NCBI GenBank assembly: GCA_041690595.1 | Contig: JAWLHB010000008.1 | Location: 186,001 to 238,840, forward strand | Source: Lentisphaeria bacterium | GTDB taxonomy: Bacteria > Verrucomicrobiota > Lentisphaeria > JABSQK01 > JAWLHB01 | Length of the DNA: 52,840 bases | Direction: 5' to 3' | Shown: one piece after another, positions 10,655-20,776 of the stretch | How the letters are laid out: each line of letters starts with the position of its first letter | Position numbering within the stretch: position 1 is the stretch's first letter | Translations under genes and position numbers: made by a program | The notes under the pieces: model-generated | Databases searched by the model: none | The model's input: the letters and a program-made list of their open reading frames with translations, nothing else | What the model was told of the DNA's origin: nothing

Positions 10655-11776
10655 TCAAGCTCCATTCGTGGTTTGGGTTGACTCAGGAGTTCGGGTGGTT
10701 TTGCCAGGGACAAAGATGGCGCCGAGGGTGGCTCCCGCCGGGACGGGTTTCTCGCCCTTCAGCAGCTGCATGATGATGGCCGCGGTGGTTTCGCCGTCTC
10801 GTTCCGGGTCGATCTCGATACGCGTCGGGACCTTGGCGAAAAACGGGCAGTGCCCCCGGTTGACGACGGTGGCGAGTTGCATGTTGTCCGGGATGCGAAT
10901 TCCTGCCTCCACTAAAGCCAGGTAGCCCCCTCTGGCGAGATAGTCGTCGTGAAAGAAAATGGTGTCCGGCAAGGGCGTTGTCTGACAGAGCAGCCGCTGA
11001 ACCAGTTGGTAGCCGTGGCGCTCGGCGGGCGTTTCACCAAAAAAGCTACGGTCGTTCTCGGGTTGTTCGAGCAGGCTGCATTTGATGCCCGCCTCTATGG
11101 CCATGGCGTGCACCGCCTCTCCGTGCCGGGCACGGTTGCCAACTACGCAGAGATGCTCCGTACCGCCGGCAGAAAAGTGAGCGATCAATTGCTCATACGC
11201 CGCTGAACGATCGGTCGCCACTCCGGCAAGCGCCCCGAGGGGCTCCGGATCCTCCTCCGCGACCACGAAGGGAATTTGCCGTTTGTGCAGTTCATGGAGT
11301 AATCCTCCGGACGGTCCGTCCAGGAAGACCAGGTCGACCGGCTGCGAGTCCAGAATGAGTTTCAGATGCGGCAGCCCTGCACGAAATTCTTCCTCGCAGA
11401 TCCGCACGCCCGTGGTGCGAACCTGCTTCTCCAGAAGTACAGATTCGAAGCGCTGATGCTTGGCGTTGAAATAGTACCCGGCGCCGCCAAAGCGCAGATG
11501 TACCACGTGCTTGGTGAACCAGGTCTTGCGCCGATCAGCCACCACAATGCCCTGCCGGGGGCGCACCACGAGGTCGCCCTGATCGGACAGCTTTTTCAGC
11601 GCCTTGCGCACCGTCTGGGTGCCGACCGCCAGCTCTTCCGCCAGGCCATCGATAGAGGGTAAGCGCTCACCGGGCTTCAGATAACCGTTGCGCACGGCGG
11701 CCGTCAGTCCATTCACGACCTGTTCGTTGAGCGGGTCCGGCGCATGCCTGTTGATCTGAAACGGAAGCGTCTTCAT
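10655..11776 (-). CDS. GntR-family HTH + LacI-type periplasmic-binding-fold transcriptional regulator #1
   Basis: [15 protein letters not shown]...TVRKALKKL...G at the N-terminus; [14 protein letters not shown]...GIRIPD at the C-terminus. Confidence 0.9.
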   Translation of the reverse strand: MKTLPFQINRHAPDPLNEQVVNGLTAAVRNGYLKPGERLPSIDGLAEELAVGTQTVRKALKKLSDQGDLVVRPRQGIVVADRRKTWFTKHVVHLRFGGAGYYFNAKHQRFESVLLEKQVRTTGVRICEEEFRAGLPHLKLILDSQPVDLVFLDGPSGGLLHELHKRQIPFVVAEEDPEPLGALAGVATDRSAAYEQLIAHFSAGGTEHLCVVGNRARHGEAVHAMAIEAGIKCSLLEQPENDRSFFGETPAERHGYQLVQRLLCQTTPLPDTIFFHDDYLARGGYLALVEAGIRIPDNMQLATVVNRGHCPFFAKVPTRIEIDPERDGETTAAIIMQLLKGEKPVPAGATLGAIFVPGKTTRTPESTQTTNGA

Positions 11777-11824
11777 CGTCCTGTTTCCCAGTTGTCCGGT
11801 TCTGCTGCATGAAGGACACCCTGT

Positions 11825-11878
11825 ATTGTACGTCTATTCTGTCGCTACGTCAAGACTTCGCTGAGTCTATTTTGTCGC
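11825..11878 (-). promoter_or_regulatory. sigma70 promoter TTGACG-N17-TACAAT with two 14-bp direct repeats GCGACA(A/G)AATAGAC (candidate operator)
   Basis: -35 at 11848-11853 and -10 at 11825-11830. Repeats at 11832-11845 and 11865-11878 differ by one base. Confidence 0.75.
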
Positions 11879-11965
11879 ATGGCCGGACGCGGGGACGCGT
11901 GGGCGCGGGAACGCAGCCCGTCGGAGGTCAATGAGACGGGTATTAGGAATGAGCAGCAGCGTCCG

Positions 11966-12829
11966 TCAGAACCAGAAGCGGATGCCGACGATCCAGGAGA
12001 CGCTCTCGATATCGCCGCCGCTGGCCTCGACGAGATCGGCCGTCTCGCCAAGCTTGCGGCTCCAGGAGACGCCGATGTAGGGGGCGAACTCGCGCCAGAT
12101 CTCGTAGCGCAGACGCAGCCCGGCGGTGATGCCGGTGAAGCCCTGGCCGACGTCGTACGCCTCGACTTCCTGCGCCGACAGCTCGGTCTCCACGCGGGGC
12201 TGCAGGAAGAGCCGCTGGGTGATGCGCAGGTCGTACTCGGCCTCGAAGGAGATGGAGGCGTCGCCGTCTTCACTAACGTAGGCGGTGGCCTCGACCTCCC
12301 ACCACTGCGGCGCCATCCCCTCGAAGCCGACCGCCGCGAAGGTGCGCTCCGGATTCGGCTCCAAGTCATGGCGGACACCTATCTTGACGTCCCAGAAGCT
12401 GGCGATGTTGCGCCCGTAGAAGGCCTCGATGGTGAACTCCTCGAACTCATCATCAGCGGGAACGTAGTGGCCCTCGCTTTCCAGGTAGAGTTTGTTGTAG
12501 TCGCCGCCGTACCAGGCGCTCAGGTCCCAGACGGTGGCGTCCTTGCCTTCCTTCCAGTGGTACTCCAGCCGGTCGCCCATGAGCGTCCAGAACGGCTCGT
12601 TGTCGTGCACCGGCTGGATGTTGAAGTTCTCCTGGGGAGCGGATTCGTGGCGTTTGACGTGCTTCTGGATCATCTGACCGGTCTGCGGATCGGTGGAGAC
12701 GTCCTCATAGCCTTCGGGAAACTCACGGTCTTCCGGGTCCGCCAGCGGCCGCTCCAGATCGTCCGCCAGCAACTGGGTGCAGGCGATGAGCGAGAGAATG
12801 ATCAGTGTGTGCAGTGTGTAGTTCATCAT
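11966..12829 (-). CDS. copB: Copper resistance protein B (outer membrane)
   Basis: Signal peptide MMNYTLHTLIILSLIACTQLLA; DRLEY, WYGGDYNKL, GLRLRYEIWREFAPYIGV and terminal RFWF. Start overlaps the copA stop (ATGA). Confidence 0.9.
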   Translation of the reverse strand: MMNYTLHTLIILSLIACTQLLADDLERPLADPEDREFPEGYEDVSTDPQTGQMIQKHVKRHESAPQENFNIQPVHDNEPFWTLMGDRLEYHWKEGKDATVWDLSAWYGGDYNKLYLESEGHYVPADDEFEEFTIEAFYGRNIASFWDVKIGVRHDLEPNPERTFAAVGFEGMAPQWWEVEATAYVSEDGDASISFEAEYDLRITQRLFLQPRVETELSAQEVEAYDVGQGFTGITAGLRLRYEIWREFAPYIGVSWSRKLGETADLVEASGGDIESVSWIVGIRFWF

Positions 12830-14586
12830 GCGACCCTCACGACTTGGAACATGCCCGCTTCCATGTGGTAGAGGAGGTGGCAGTGGAAGGCCCAGTCGCC
12901 CTTCTCGATGGGCGTGATCAGCACCGAGAGGACCTCCCCGGGTTTGATGAGCACGGTGTGCTTGAAGGGCAGGTCCTCGTGCCCGTTCTCCAGTTGCATC
13001 CACATGCCGTGCAGGTGGATCGGGTGCTCCATCATGGTGTGGTTGACCATCCACATGCGCAACCGCTCGTTGTGGCGGAAGAGCCACGGCCCCGGCTGCT
13101 CGCTGAACTTCTTGCCGTCGAAGGAGAAGGTGTAGCGCTCCATGTTGGCAGTGATATTGACGGTGATCTCGCGGTCCGCCGTTTCCGCGTACTTCTGCGG
13201 CTCGGTGGAGACGAGGTCCTTGTAGGTCAGTACCCGCCAGCCATCGTCGCCGAGGCCGATCCCCGGCTCATGCAGCCGGCGTTTGGGATGCTTGATGACC
13301 ATAGCCACATTCGACTTGGTCTTCTTCGCCACAAAGGGCTTCGGGCCGTTGGGGCCGGGGACGTCGGCGTCATCATCCGGGTCACGCTGCTGCATCTTGT
13401 GCTTGCGCTCTTCGGAGACGGAGCCGAGCATCTGGTCGTCCATCATGCCCATGCCGATATCCTCCAGGCGCCGCGTCGGGCGCGGGCGCAGTTCCGGCAC
13501 CGGCGCTTCCTGCCCGTACTCGGGCGTCAGCGTGCCGCGGGCATAGCCGCTGCGGTCCAGCGACTCGGCGAAGATGGTGAAGGGCTGGTCGGCCGTCGGA
13601 CGAACGAGCACGTCGAAGGTCTCGGCCACGCCGATGCGGAACTCGTGCACGTCGACGGGGCTCACGTACTTGCCGTCAGCCATGATCACCTGCATATCCA
13701 GGCCCGGCAGGCGGACATCGAAGGTGGTCATGGTGGAGGCATTGATGAACCGCAGGCGGATCGTCTCGCCGGGGTTGAAGAAAGCACTCCAGTTTGCGCC
13801 GGGCGCCCGGCCGTTCATGAGGAAGGTGTAGGTGGAGCCGGTCACGTCGGCCAGGTCCACGGGGCTCATGCGCATCTTCCCCCAGGCCAAGCGGTCGGCG
13901 ACGGTATCCTTGAAGCCCCGCTGCTTCACGTCCTCGTAGAAGTCCCAGACCGTGCGGTTCTGGAAGTTGTAGTAGTGGCCCTTGAGATTGATGTGGCGGA
14001 AGATCTTCTCGGGGTTCTCAAAGGACCAGTCGGAGAGGACGATCGGGTAGTCGCGGTCGTAGCTGACCTGCTCGCCGTCCTTCGGCTCGATGAGCAGCGG
14101 CCCGTAGGTGCCCGTCTGCTCCTGAAAGCGGGAGTGGCTGTGGTACCAGTAAGTTCCCGCCTGCTTCACGCGGTACTTGTACTCGTAGGTTTCCCCCGGC
14201 TGAATGCCATTGAAGTTGATGCCAGGAACGCCATCCATGCGGAAGGGCACCAGGATGCCGTGCCAGTGGATGGAGGCATGCTCCGTGTCCCATAGCTCGC
14301 TGGTCACGTTCAAGATCACCTCATCGCCCTCGCGCAGGTGCACGAGCGGGCCGGGGACGGTGCCGTTGATGGCGGTGGCGGTGTCTTCACGCCCATCCAC
14401 CACAAAGGGTTCATAGCCGATGGTCAGATCGTAACGGCTCTGGGTCGGCGGCAGGATACCGGGCTCCTGTTGGCGGGACTGCGCCCAGAGCGGCAGCGGA
14501 AACATGGTGCTGACGCCAGCGACGAACACACCTGCACCGACACCCTTGAGAAAGTCTTTTCGAGAGACGGAAAAGTTGGGTTTCAT
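12826..14586 (-). CDS. copA: Copper resistance multicopper oxidase (CopA/PcoA type)
   Basis: Tat-like leader SRKDFLKG; copper motifs HWHG, WYHSH, HPIHLHG and HCHLLYHMEAGM. Confidence 0.95.
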   Translation of the reverse strand: MKPNFSVSRKDFLKGVGAGVFVAGVSTMFPLPLWAQSRQQEPGILPPTQSRYDLTIGYEPFVVDGREDTATAINGTVPGPLVHLREGDEVILNVTSELWDTEHASIHWHGILVPFRMDGVPGINFNGIQPGETYEYKYRVKQAGTYWYHSHSRFQEQTGTYGPLLIEPKDGEQVSYDRDYPIVLSDWSFENPEKIFRHINLKGHYYNFQNRTVWDFYEDVKQRGFKDTVADRLAWGKMRMSPVDLADVTGSTYTFLMNGRAPGANWSAFFNPGETIRLRFINASTMTTFDVRLPGLDMQVIMADGKYVSPVDVHEFRIGVAETFDVLVRPTADQPFTIFAESLDRSGYARGTLTPEYGQEAPVPELRPRPTRRLEDIGMGMMDDQMLGSVSEERKHKMQQRDPDDDADVPGPNGPKPFVAKKTKSNVAMVIKHPKRRLHEPGIGLGDDGWRVLTYKDLVSTEPQKYAETADREITVNITANMERYTFSFDGKKFSEQPGPWLFRHNERLRMWMVNHTMMEHPIHLHGMWMQLENGHEDLPFKHTVLIKPGEVLSVLITPIEKGDWAFHCHLLYHMEAGMFQVVRVA

Positions 14587-14916
14587 AGCGCTTTTGGGGG
14601 GACTAAAGTGTTGAACATGTGATCGCGCTGGGCCTGCAGGCTCAGTTGCGGTTTAGATTAAGCTACGGCTAAGCCCCCGGCCGCCGCAAATGTGAAGGTC
14701 TACACGACTTGCCGTCTTGACGCTTCCGCGTGGAACGTCGCGCAGAATGCAAACCCGTCGCGTCGTCCACCCGATTGAGGCTGCCGACGGTCAGTTTGCC
14801 GTTGCTGGAAGAGCCCCATTGGCAATCCGTAAGAACCCGGCACAGAGTAGAGGAAGGATGCACTGGAACTCTACCGGATATTTTCATGTGCAGCGATCCA
14901 AGGTGATTATCCATAC

Positions 14917-16254
14917 ATGAACCAACACGAGCACACCAAGCAGAAAGATTCCCTGAGCCTTTGGGGAGCGGTCTCCATGGGCACCGGTGTCATGATCGGC
15001 GCGGGCATCTTCGCCCTGACCGGGCAGATGGCCGAGCTCACGGGCAGTTGGTTTCCGCTGGCCTTTCTGGTCGCCGGCGGGGTCGCCGGTTTCAGTGCCT
15101 ACAGCTATGTCAAGCTGGCGCAGAAATATCCTTCCGCCGGGGGTATCGCCATGTTTCTCAAGCAAGCTTACGGGCGCGGCCTGATGACCGGCGCCTGTGC
15201 GCTGCTGATGTACTTTTCCATGGTCATCAACGAGAGCCTGGTAGCCCGAACCTTCGGAACCTACGTCCTGCAGCTCTTCGACGCAGGCGACACGAGCTGG
15301 CTGGTGCCCGCGCTGGGTGTCGGCCTGCTGCTGGTTGCGTTCCTGATGAACATCCTGAGCAACCAGTTCATCCAGACCTTTTCGTTCGTCATGGCCTTCG
15401 TGAAGATCGCGGGACTGGCCGTTCTGGCGGTTGGTGGTCTATGGGCGACCGGATGGTCCTTCGAGAGCCTGTCTGCGTCGCCGGAACGCTCTGGCATCAC
15501 CAGTTTCCTTGGGGCGGTGGCCCTTGGCATCCTCGGCTATAAAGGCTTCACCACGATCACCAACAGCGGCGGCGAGCTGAAGAATGCGAAGAAGAACGTG
15601 GGTCGAGCGATTATCCTTTCCATCTCCATCTGCGTGGTGCTGTATGTCCTGGTCGCCTTTGCTGTCGGCGCCAACCTGTCGATCGAAGAGATCGTCAAAG
15701 CCAAGAACTATTCCCTTGCCGAAGCTTCGCGCCCCGCCTTCGGCGAGTATGGGGCCTGGTTCACCGTCGCCTTTGCGATCGTGGCGACCGTCTCCGGCGT
15801 CATTGCCAGCGTCTTCGCCGTCTCCCGGATGCTGGCGATGCTGACATCCATGCAACTGGTGCCTCATCGCCATTTCCGCCTGCCCGGCAACCTGCAGCGG
15901 CACACACTTGTCTTCACCATCGTCATCGCCATGGTGTTGACTGTCCTTTTCGACCTCAGCCGCATTGCCTCCATCGGCGCGGTCTTCTATATCGTTATGG
16001 ATGTCTTCATTCATTGGGGGGTCTTCACGCATCTGCGCGAAGAGGTAGGGGCAAAGAGCTGGGTGCTACTGACCGCAATCGTTCTCGATGTCGTGGTGCT
16101 GGCTGCGTTCCTATGGGTGAAAGCACAAGCCGACATGTTCATCGTATGGATTTCCCTGGGCGGTCTGGCGCTCGTCTTTGCCGCCGAAAAGTGGTTCCTC
16201 AAACTGCATCACTACGATGAGGAGGACCCGCACTACAGCACCGAAGACGAATAG
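14917..16254 (+). CDS. APC family amino acid permease
   Basis: GTGVMIGAGIF, YPSAGG and GFTTI..SGGELKN motifs; about 12 hydrophobic segments. Confidence 0.9.
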   Translation: MNQHEHTKQKDSLSLWGAVSMGTGVMIGAGIFALTGQMAELTGSWFPLAFLVAGGVAGFSAYSYVKLAQKYPSAGGIAMFLKQAYGRGLMTGACALLMYFSMVINESLVARTFGTYVLQLFDAGDTSWLVPALGVGLLLVAFLMNILSNQFIQTFSFVMAFVKIAGLAVLAVGGLWATGWSFESLSASPERSGITSFLGAVALGILGYKGFTTITNSGGELKNAKKNVGRAIILSISICVVLYVLVAFAVGANLSIEEIVKAKNYSLAEASRPAFGEYGAWFTVAFAIVATVSGVIASVFAVSRMLAMLTSMQLVPHRHFRLPGNLQRHTLVFTIVIAMVLTVLFDLSRIASIGAVFYIVMDVFIHWGVFTHLREEVGAKSWVLLTAIVLDVVVLAAFLWVKAQADMFIVWISLGGLALVFAAEKWFLKLHHYDEEDPHYSTEDE

Positions 16255-16343
16255 CGACAGTTGTCCCCCATCCTGACAGTGTGCACTTGCTCTGACCTGT
16301 AAAGTCCTGAAAGTTGACCCTTTTTCGCCCGTGTCGGAACAGG

Positions 16344-17863
16344 TTATGCTTGCCATGGCCTCGGCAAGTGGCAGCCGTCAATGCCCGCGGCCTGCAAGCG
16401 CTTCAGCGTGCCGGAGAGGAAGTCAGCACCTTGGACAAGCTGGTTCCACAATCGTCGGTCTGTGCCTGCAGCGCCACGCATGCCGGTTCGCCGGCTGCCG
16501 CGGCCTGCCACGCGCGTGCAAAGAGCCTGGGCTCGGCATTGGCCGGCACCGGTACGGCGCCCGCGGCGCCTTGTACGACCAAGGGGGCGAATTCTGGGCG
16601 GTTGCCCTGGAAGACCGGCAATCCCTCGGTGGCGGCGCCGCCGCACAGGTCGGCGAAGTATTGCGCATCGCCGGAGCTTTCCTTAATGCCGCCGATCAGG
16701 CCGCGCCGCCAAAGGTCGAGGATGACCTCGGTTGGAATGGTGGCGTGGGTGTACTGGGGCAGGTTGTAGGGCAGGATCGTCATCAGGGTCGCCGCCGCGC
16801 AGGCCTCGAAATGGGTGGTGAACTCCGCCGCCGAACGAGGGGCGAAGAAATAGGGGACGCTGACCACGGCGTGGCGAATCCCGGCGGCCGCGGCCAGTCT
16901 CAGGCGAGCAATGGCGCGCCCGGTCGAGGGCTCCATGACCCCGGCAAGCAACGGGATGCGACTACCGACAGCGTCCACCGCGACGTCCAATACTCGGGCA
17001 TAGACCGCGTCAGTCAAGGCCGGCCCCAGCCCGGCGGTGCCGCACAGGAACAACGCGGGGAGATCGGCCGCGGCCAGGCTTGCCAGAAGGGTTCGAAAGG
17101 CTGCTTCGTTGAGGGTTTCATCGGCATCCAAGGGGGTGATGACTGGCGGCACGATGCCCCGGAACGGCAGGATCGGCACTGGAGCGCCCAAGGGGAGTTC
17201 GCGGGCGGCGATACCCAGTTTACGCACCGGCTCAAGAAAGCTCCGCGGATCGGCGGTGTTGACTGGGAACATGCCGTAGTGCATGGGGATGGCCAGGCGC
17301 GGGCGGATGATTTCAGTAACCTTTACGGCGTCCTCGGCCGTCATATTGCCAAGTTTGCCATTGATGCAGATCAGGAGCAGGTCGACGGGACCGAAAGCCA
17401 GCGCGGCGGCGGGCAGATCATCGACGCAGGTGGTGTCGCCGGTCAGGTAGAGGCGTTGGGCGGCGACTTCGACGATCAGGCCGATGGCTGCCGGATCGGA
17501 GTGATGGGCCGCGACGGCGCGCAGCGTGAACGGCCCGGCGATGGCCGGCGGATTTCCGGGCGCCAGTTGCCGCACCGCCAGTCCGAGGGCGGCGCCGTGT
17601 TTGACCACGCTCGCCGGCCCCATCACGGTGGTGCCCGGCCGCGACGCCACCGCCGGCAACACGCTGTCGGGATCGAAGTGGTCGCCATGGTCATGGGTGC
17701 AGACAATGGCATCGGCGTTCAGCGCTTCGGGAACGAGCGGCGGCGGGAAGCTGCGTTCAAATCCCCGGGTTGCCAGACTGTCGCTGAGGTACGGGTCGAC
17801 TGCCAGCCGGCAGTGATCGTGCTCGAAGATGAAACCGCCTTGTCCAAGCCAGGTTATTCGCAT
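16344..17863 (-). CDS. Fusion of an MBL-fold metallo-hydrolase (UlaG-like) and a DHDPS/NAL-family aldolase; 1-bp frameshift near 16455
   Basis: N-terminus: WLGQGGF, DPYLS, THDHGDH, GDT, IPMHY. C-terminus: GIVPPVITP, YNLPQYT, IKESSGD. The annotated frame stops at 16403, but a family-like tail (LWNQLVQGADFLSGTLKRLQAAGIDGCHLPRPW) continues in another frame to 16344. Confidence 0.8.
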
Positions 17864-18235
17864 GGTGGCTGCTCCTTCACCGCAATGGTGCTTTCAGCGG
17901 CCATGTGCAGCATCCCACTCAGATCGCGCAGTCGATTGGTCTCCAGGTCGATCCAGGGGCCGCTGTCCGGCAGGTCGATGTTGAATGCAACCTCATACGG
18001 ATTATGGTTGGTGATCAACACCAGCAGCCCGCCGGGACCGGTAAGGCGTGAGACCTCGATGTTGGTAACGTCCCCGTTGACGATCGCCGTGGGGCGGACG
18101 CCGGAGGCGCGAATCTCGCGTCGCAGCAGAGCCGTCATGGCCGCTTGCGGGTCGAGGGAGTACTGCCGGAAGACTTCGGTGCCTGCCAGCACGGCACGGC
18201 CGTTGCCGTAGCGGTTGGCGATCACCGCCTGTGGG
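17854..18235 (-). pseudogene. C-terminal fragment of a GH42-like beta-galactosidase (trimerisation/C-terminal part)
   Basis: AVIANRYGNGRAVLAGT...VEVSRL-like (IEVSRL)...LITNHN. Its stop overlaps the next start (17863); no credible 5' end. Confidence 0.55.
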
Positions 18236-18767
18236 CGAAGTGCGTCTTTTATGACACTGCCGCCAAAGTGCCCGCAATCGTCTCCGCCTCTGGGCGCATG
18301 CCGGCGGGCATCGTCGAGGTCGACCTCACCGCCACGATCCTCGAAGCCGGTGGTGCCGTGCCGCTGCCGGACTGCGCGGGGCGCTCCCTGTGGTCGGCAT
18401 TGACCGGCAAGGCGGATGCCGACTGGCCGGCGCACGTGCTTGCCGAGCAGATCGCGGGCGATGGCAAACCCGCCCGCATGATCCGCAGGGGGCAGTGGAA
18501 GCTGAACTGGTTCCCGGGGCGCGAGATCGACATTGAGCTGTTCAACCTGGAAGAGGATCCCGACGAGATCCACAACTGCGCCGCGATCCCACCTGCGCCG
18601 AGCTCATCGCCTCCCTGCTGGCCGACCTCCAGGCCGACGGCTGGTCGACCGAGCGCATTCAGGCCGTCCAGGAAGCCCGCAAAGAGGACTACAAGTACAT
18701 CTGCGACTGGGCACGGGTCGTCACCCCCCAGGACGACATCCAGTGGGGCGTCGCTGCCTCTCTTTAG
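18217..18767 (+). pseudogene. C-terminal fragment of a sulfatase
   Basis: GDHRLWAKCVFYDTAAKVP...DLTATILE...MIRRGQWKL...ELFNLEEDPDEIHN. Frameshift near 18585 to a tail ending at TAG 18767; the N-terminal catalytic CxPxR part is missing. Confidence 0.75.
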
Positions 18768-18788
18768 GGCCTCCTGAAAAAAAATTAA

Positions 18789-18847
18789 GTATCGGACTTC
18801 TTGCAATCGCCGCAGTTATTACATATATTCCGATACGTACTTTATCG
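18789..18847 (+). promoter_or_regulatory. sigma70 promoter TTGCAA-N17-TATATT with flanking inverted repeats (candidate operator)
   Basis: -35 at 18801-18806 and -10 at 18824-18829. GTATCGGA (18789) pairs with TCCGATAC (18829); CGATA-N7-TATCG at 18831-18847. Confidence 0.65.
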
Positions 18848-18868
18848 AAGAAGGAGAAGCATGCTGAT

Positions 18869-19993
18869 ATGGTCACCGCCGGGGATTCACTCAGCCTACG
18901 GATGGCAAGTCGGCTTCGTCGGCTCATCTCAAACCTGAAGCCGGGAGACAGGTTGCCTGCCGAGACAGCGCTGGTGGCGGAGCTCGGCGGCAGCCTGACG
19001 AAGGTGCGGGAGGCGCTGACGCTGCTGGTACAGGAAGGGCTGATCGAACGGCGACAGGGCAGCGGCACCTACGCACTGGACACCAGACAGACGCGTGCTG
19101 TGGGAATCTTTTCAAGCCTCGACCTGACACACCCTCACTCGGGCCTCTTCTTTCGAGTCCTGACCCATGAATTGCGCGAGTTCTTTGCCCGCGAGGGGCA
19201 GGCCACGCGCCTGTACCTCGGCCACAGCCGTCCCGGAGACACCGCAGCAGCGGTCTGCGATCCGATCCTGCAGCACGATCTGAAGCATCACCAGCTCTCC
19301 GGCGTGATCGCGCTCACAGGCACTCGTAGTGCAGAGTGGCTGGAGCCGCAGTGCGAGCGCGCCGGTGTGCCGCTCGTGGGGCGCACCAGCGATTATGCGC
19401 ATGCCTGTATCGTGCCGCATCAGGAAATGCTGAAGGTGGCGGCGCATTACCTGCACGACCGTGGGTGTCGGCGACTGGCACTACTGGGTTGGGAGGAGGA
19501 GCATCACCCGGGCGGGGCTCCGCACGACCTGGTCGACGAGATGCGCGCGTGGCTGCCCGACCATGTGATCATGCCCGATGCCTGGGTGCGCACCGACCTG
19601 CATCCCGCCTGGCCCGGCGCCGGCTGGGAGGAGCTGCGCGAAATCTGGATGAGCCGCCGCGATAAGCCCGACGGCCTTATCGTCGCCGACGACAACCTGC
19701 TTCTGGACGTCGCCACCGCACTCGGCGAGATCGGTATCGGCGTGCCCGAGGACCTGCAGGTAGTCGCCAAGAGCAGCGCTCGCGTCACGCCCACGATGCC
19801 CTTCCCCCACGCCCGCGTCGAGATCGATCCACGCATCTGTGCTGAAATCATGGGGCAGATGCTGCTGCAACTGCAGGACCGGCCATCGCGCCGGCGACTC
19901 CACACCGAGGCTGAATTTCACCTCATCGTGCCGACCGATCAAGGCACGCGCCACAGGTCCGTCCATAACCGCTCATCTCAAGAGGTCCGCTGA
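18869..19993 (+). CDS. GntR HTH + LacI-type sensor regulator #2
   Basis: [11 protein letters not shown]...[30 protein letters not shown]...[15 protein letters not shown] lies upstream. Confidence 0.88.
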   Translation: MVTAGDSLSLRMASRLRRLISNLKPGDRLPAETALVAELGGSLTKVREALTLLVQEGLIERRQGSGTYALDTRQTRAVGIFSSLDLTHPHSGLFFRVLTHELREFFAREGQATRLYLGHSRPGDTAAAVCDPILQHDLKHHQLSGVIALTGTRSAEWLEPQCERAGVPLVGRTSDYAHACIVPHQEMLKVAAHYLHDRGCRRLALLGWEEEHHPGGAPHDLVDEMRAWLPDHVIMPDAWVRTDLHPAWPGAGWEELREIWMSRRDKPDGLIVADDNLLLDVATALGEIGIGVPEDLQVVAKSSARVTPTMPFPHARVEIDPRICAEIMGQMLLQLQDRPSRRRLHTEAEFHLIVPTDQGTRHRSVHNRSSQEVR

Positions 19994-20712
19994 TGCATCG
20001 CATAGCCAGAACCTGCCGTTTTACACTCATCGAATTACTGGTCGTGGTGGCTATCATTGCCATTCTGGCCAGCATGCTGCTGCCGGCCCTGACTCGGGCG
20101 CGAGAAAGCGCTCGCAAGACCTCCTGCCAGGGAAATATGAAGCAGATCGCCATGGCCCAGGCGCTCTATGCCGATGCCGCGGATGGCTTCACGCCGCCGT
20201 GGCGCAATGCCAGCACCAATCAACGGTACTGGCACGAAGAGCTGGCGGAACACACGGCTTGGCAGTGGGAGATGTGGATCTGCCCCGATTCCCCCACCCG
20301 CGGGCAAGGGCGCGACCTGACCGAGACGGAGCCTTTCGCCAATACAGGAGCCTATATGGCGCTGATTCAGTCGATCGGCATCCAGGGTGGCGCGTTCAAT
20401 GAGGCGATGTGGCATCGCCTCTCAAGCTTTGGCTATCCGGAACTACTCGTCTATGCCGCTGATTCGGCAACCCGCAACGACGACACCCCGGGAAACAGTA
20501 GCGCGGGACAGCTCATCCGCATCAATCCCGGTACCAGCATCTGGCCGGATCATGGCGCAGGTTTCTTTCCGCGACACCTGGGCAGCGTCAGCCTCAGCTT
20601 CATTGACGGACATGTGGCCTCGCACCAGGAAGGTGAAGTGCGCTACTGGACGGCTGCCGGCTGGAACAGCGAGCCGCACAACCAGCACTTCTTCGGCAAG
20701 CACCCGAAATAG
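19993..20712 (+). CDS. Prepilin-type (DUF1559 / H-X9-DG) protein #2
   Basis: [45 protein letters not shown], with C-terminal [20 protein letters not shown] overlap with the regulator. Confidence 0.92.
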   Translation: MHRIARTCRFTLIELLVVVAIIAILASMLLPALTRARESARKTSCQGNMKQIAMAQALYADAADGFTPPWRNASTNQRYWHEELAEHTAWQWEMWICPDSPTRGQGRDLTETEPFANTGAYMALIQSIGIQGGAFNEAMWHRLSSFGYPELLVYAADSATRNDDTPGNSSAGQLIRINPGTSIWPDHGAGFFPRHLGSVSLSFIDGHVASHQEGEVRYWTAAGWNSEPHNQHFFGKHPK

Positions 20713-20776
20713 GGATTCAGCGCCACCAGCTCAAGCCCAATCCCAGTCTGTCCCGTTGACCAAAAGGAACCCCTCT

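Noticed and set aside
14760..14880. Possible riboswitch/ncRNA upstream of the APC permease (GTAGAG..CTCTAC hairpin)
   Set aside because: No recognisable aptamer consensus; an Rfam/Infernal search would be needed.
16331..18211. 626-aa plus-strand ORF
   Set aside because: Shadow of the MBL-aldolase gene and the GH42-like fragment.
20387..20776. 5' extensions in the ORF track (e.g. starts at 20387, 18533, 24480, 13087, 40669, 43292)
   Set aside because: They overlap upstream genes; downstream starts with RBS, signal peptides or stop-start coupling are better supported.
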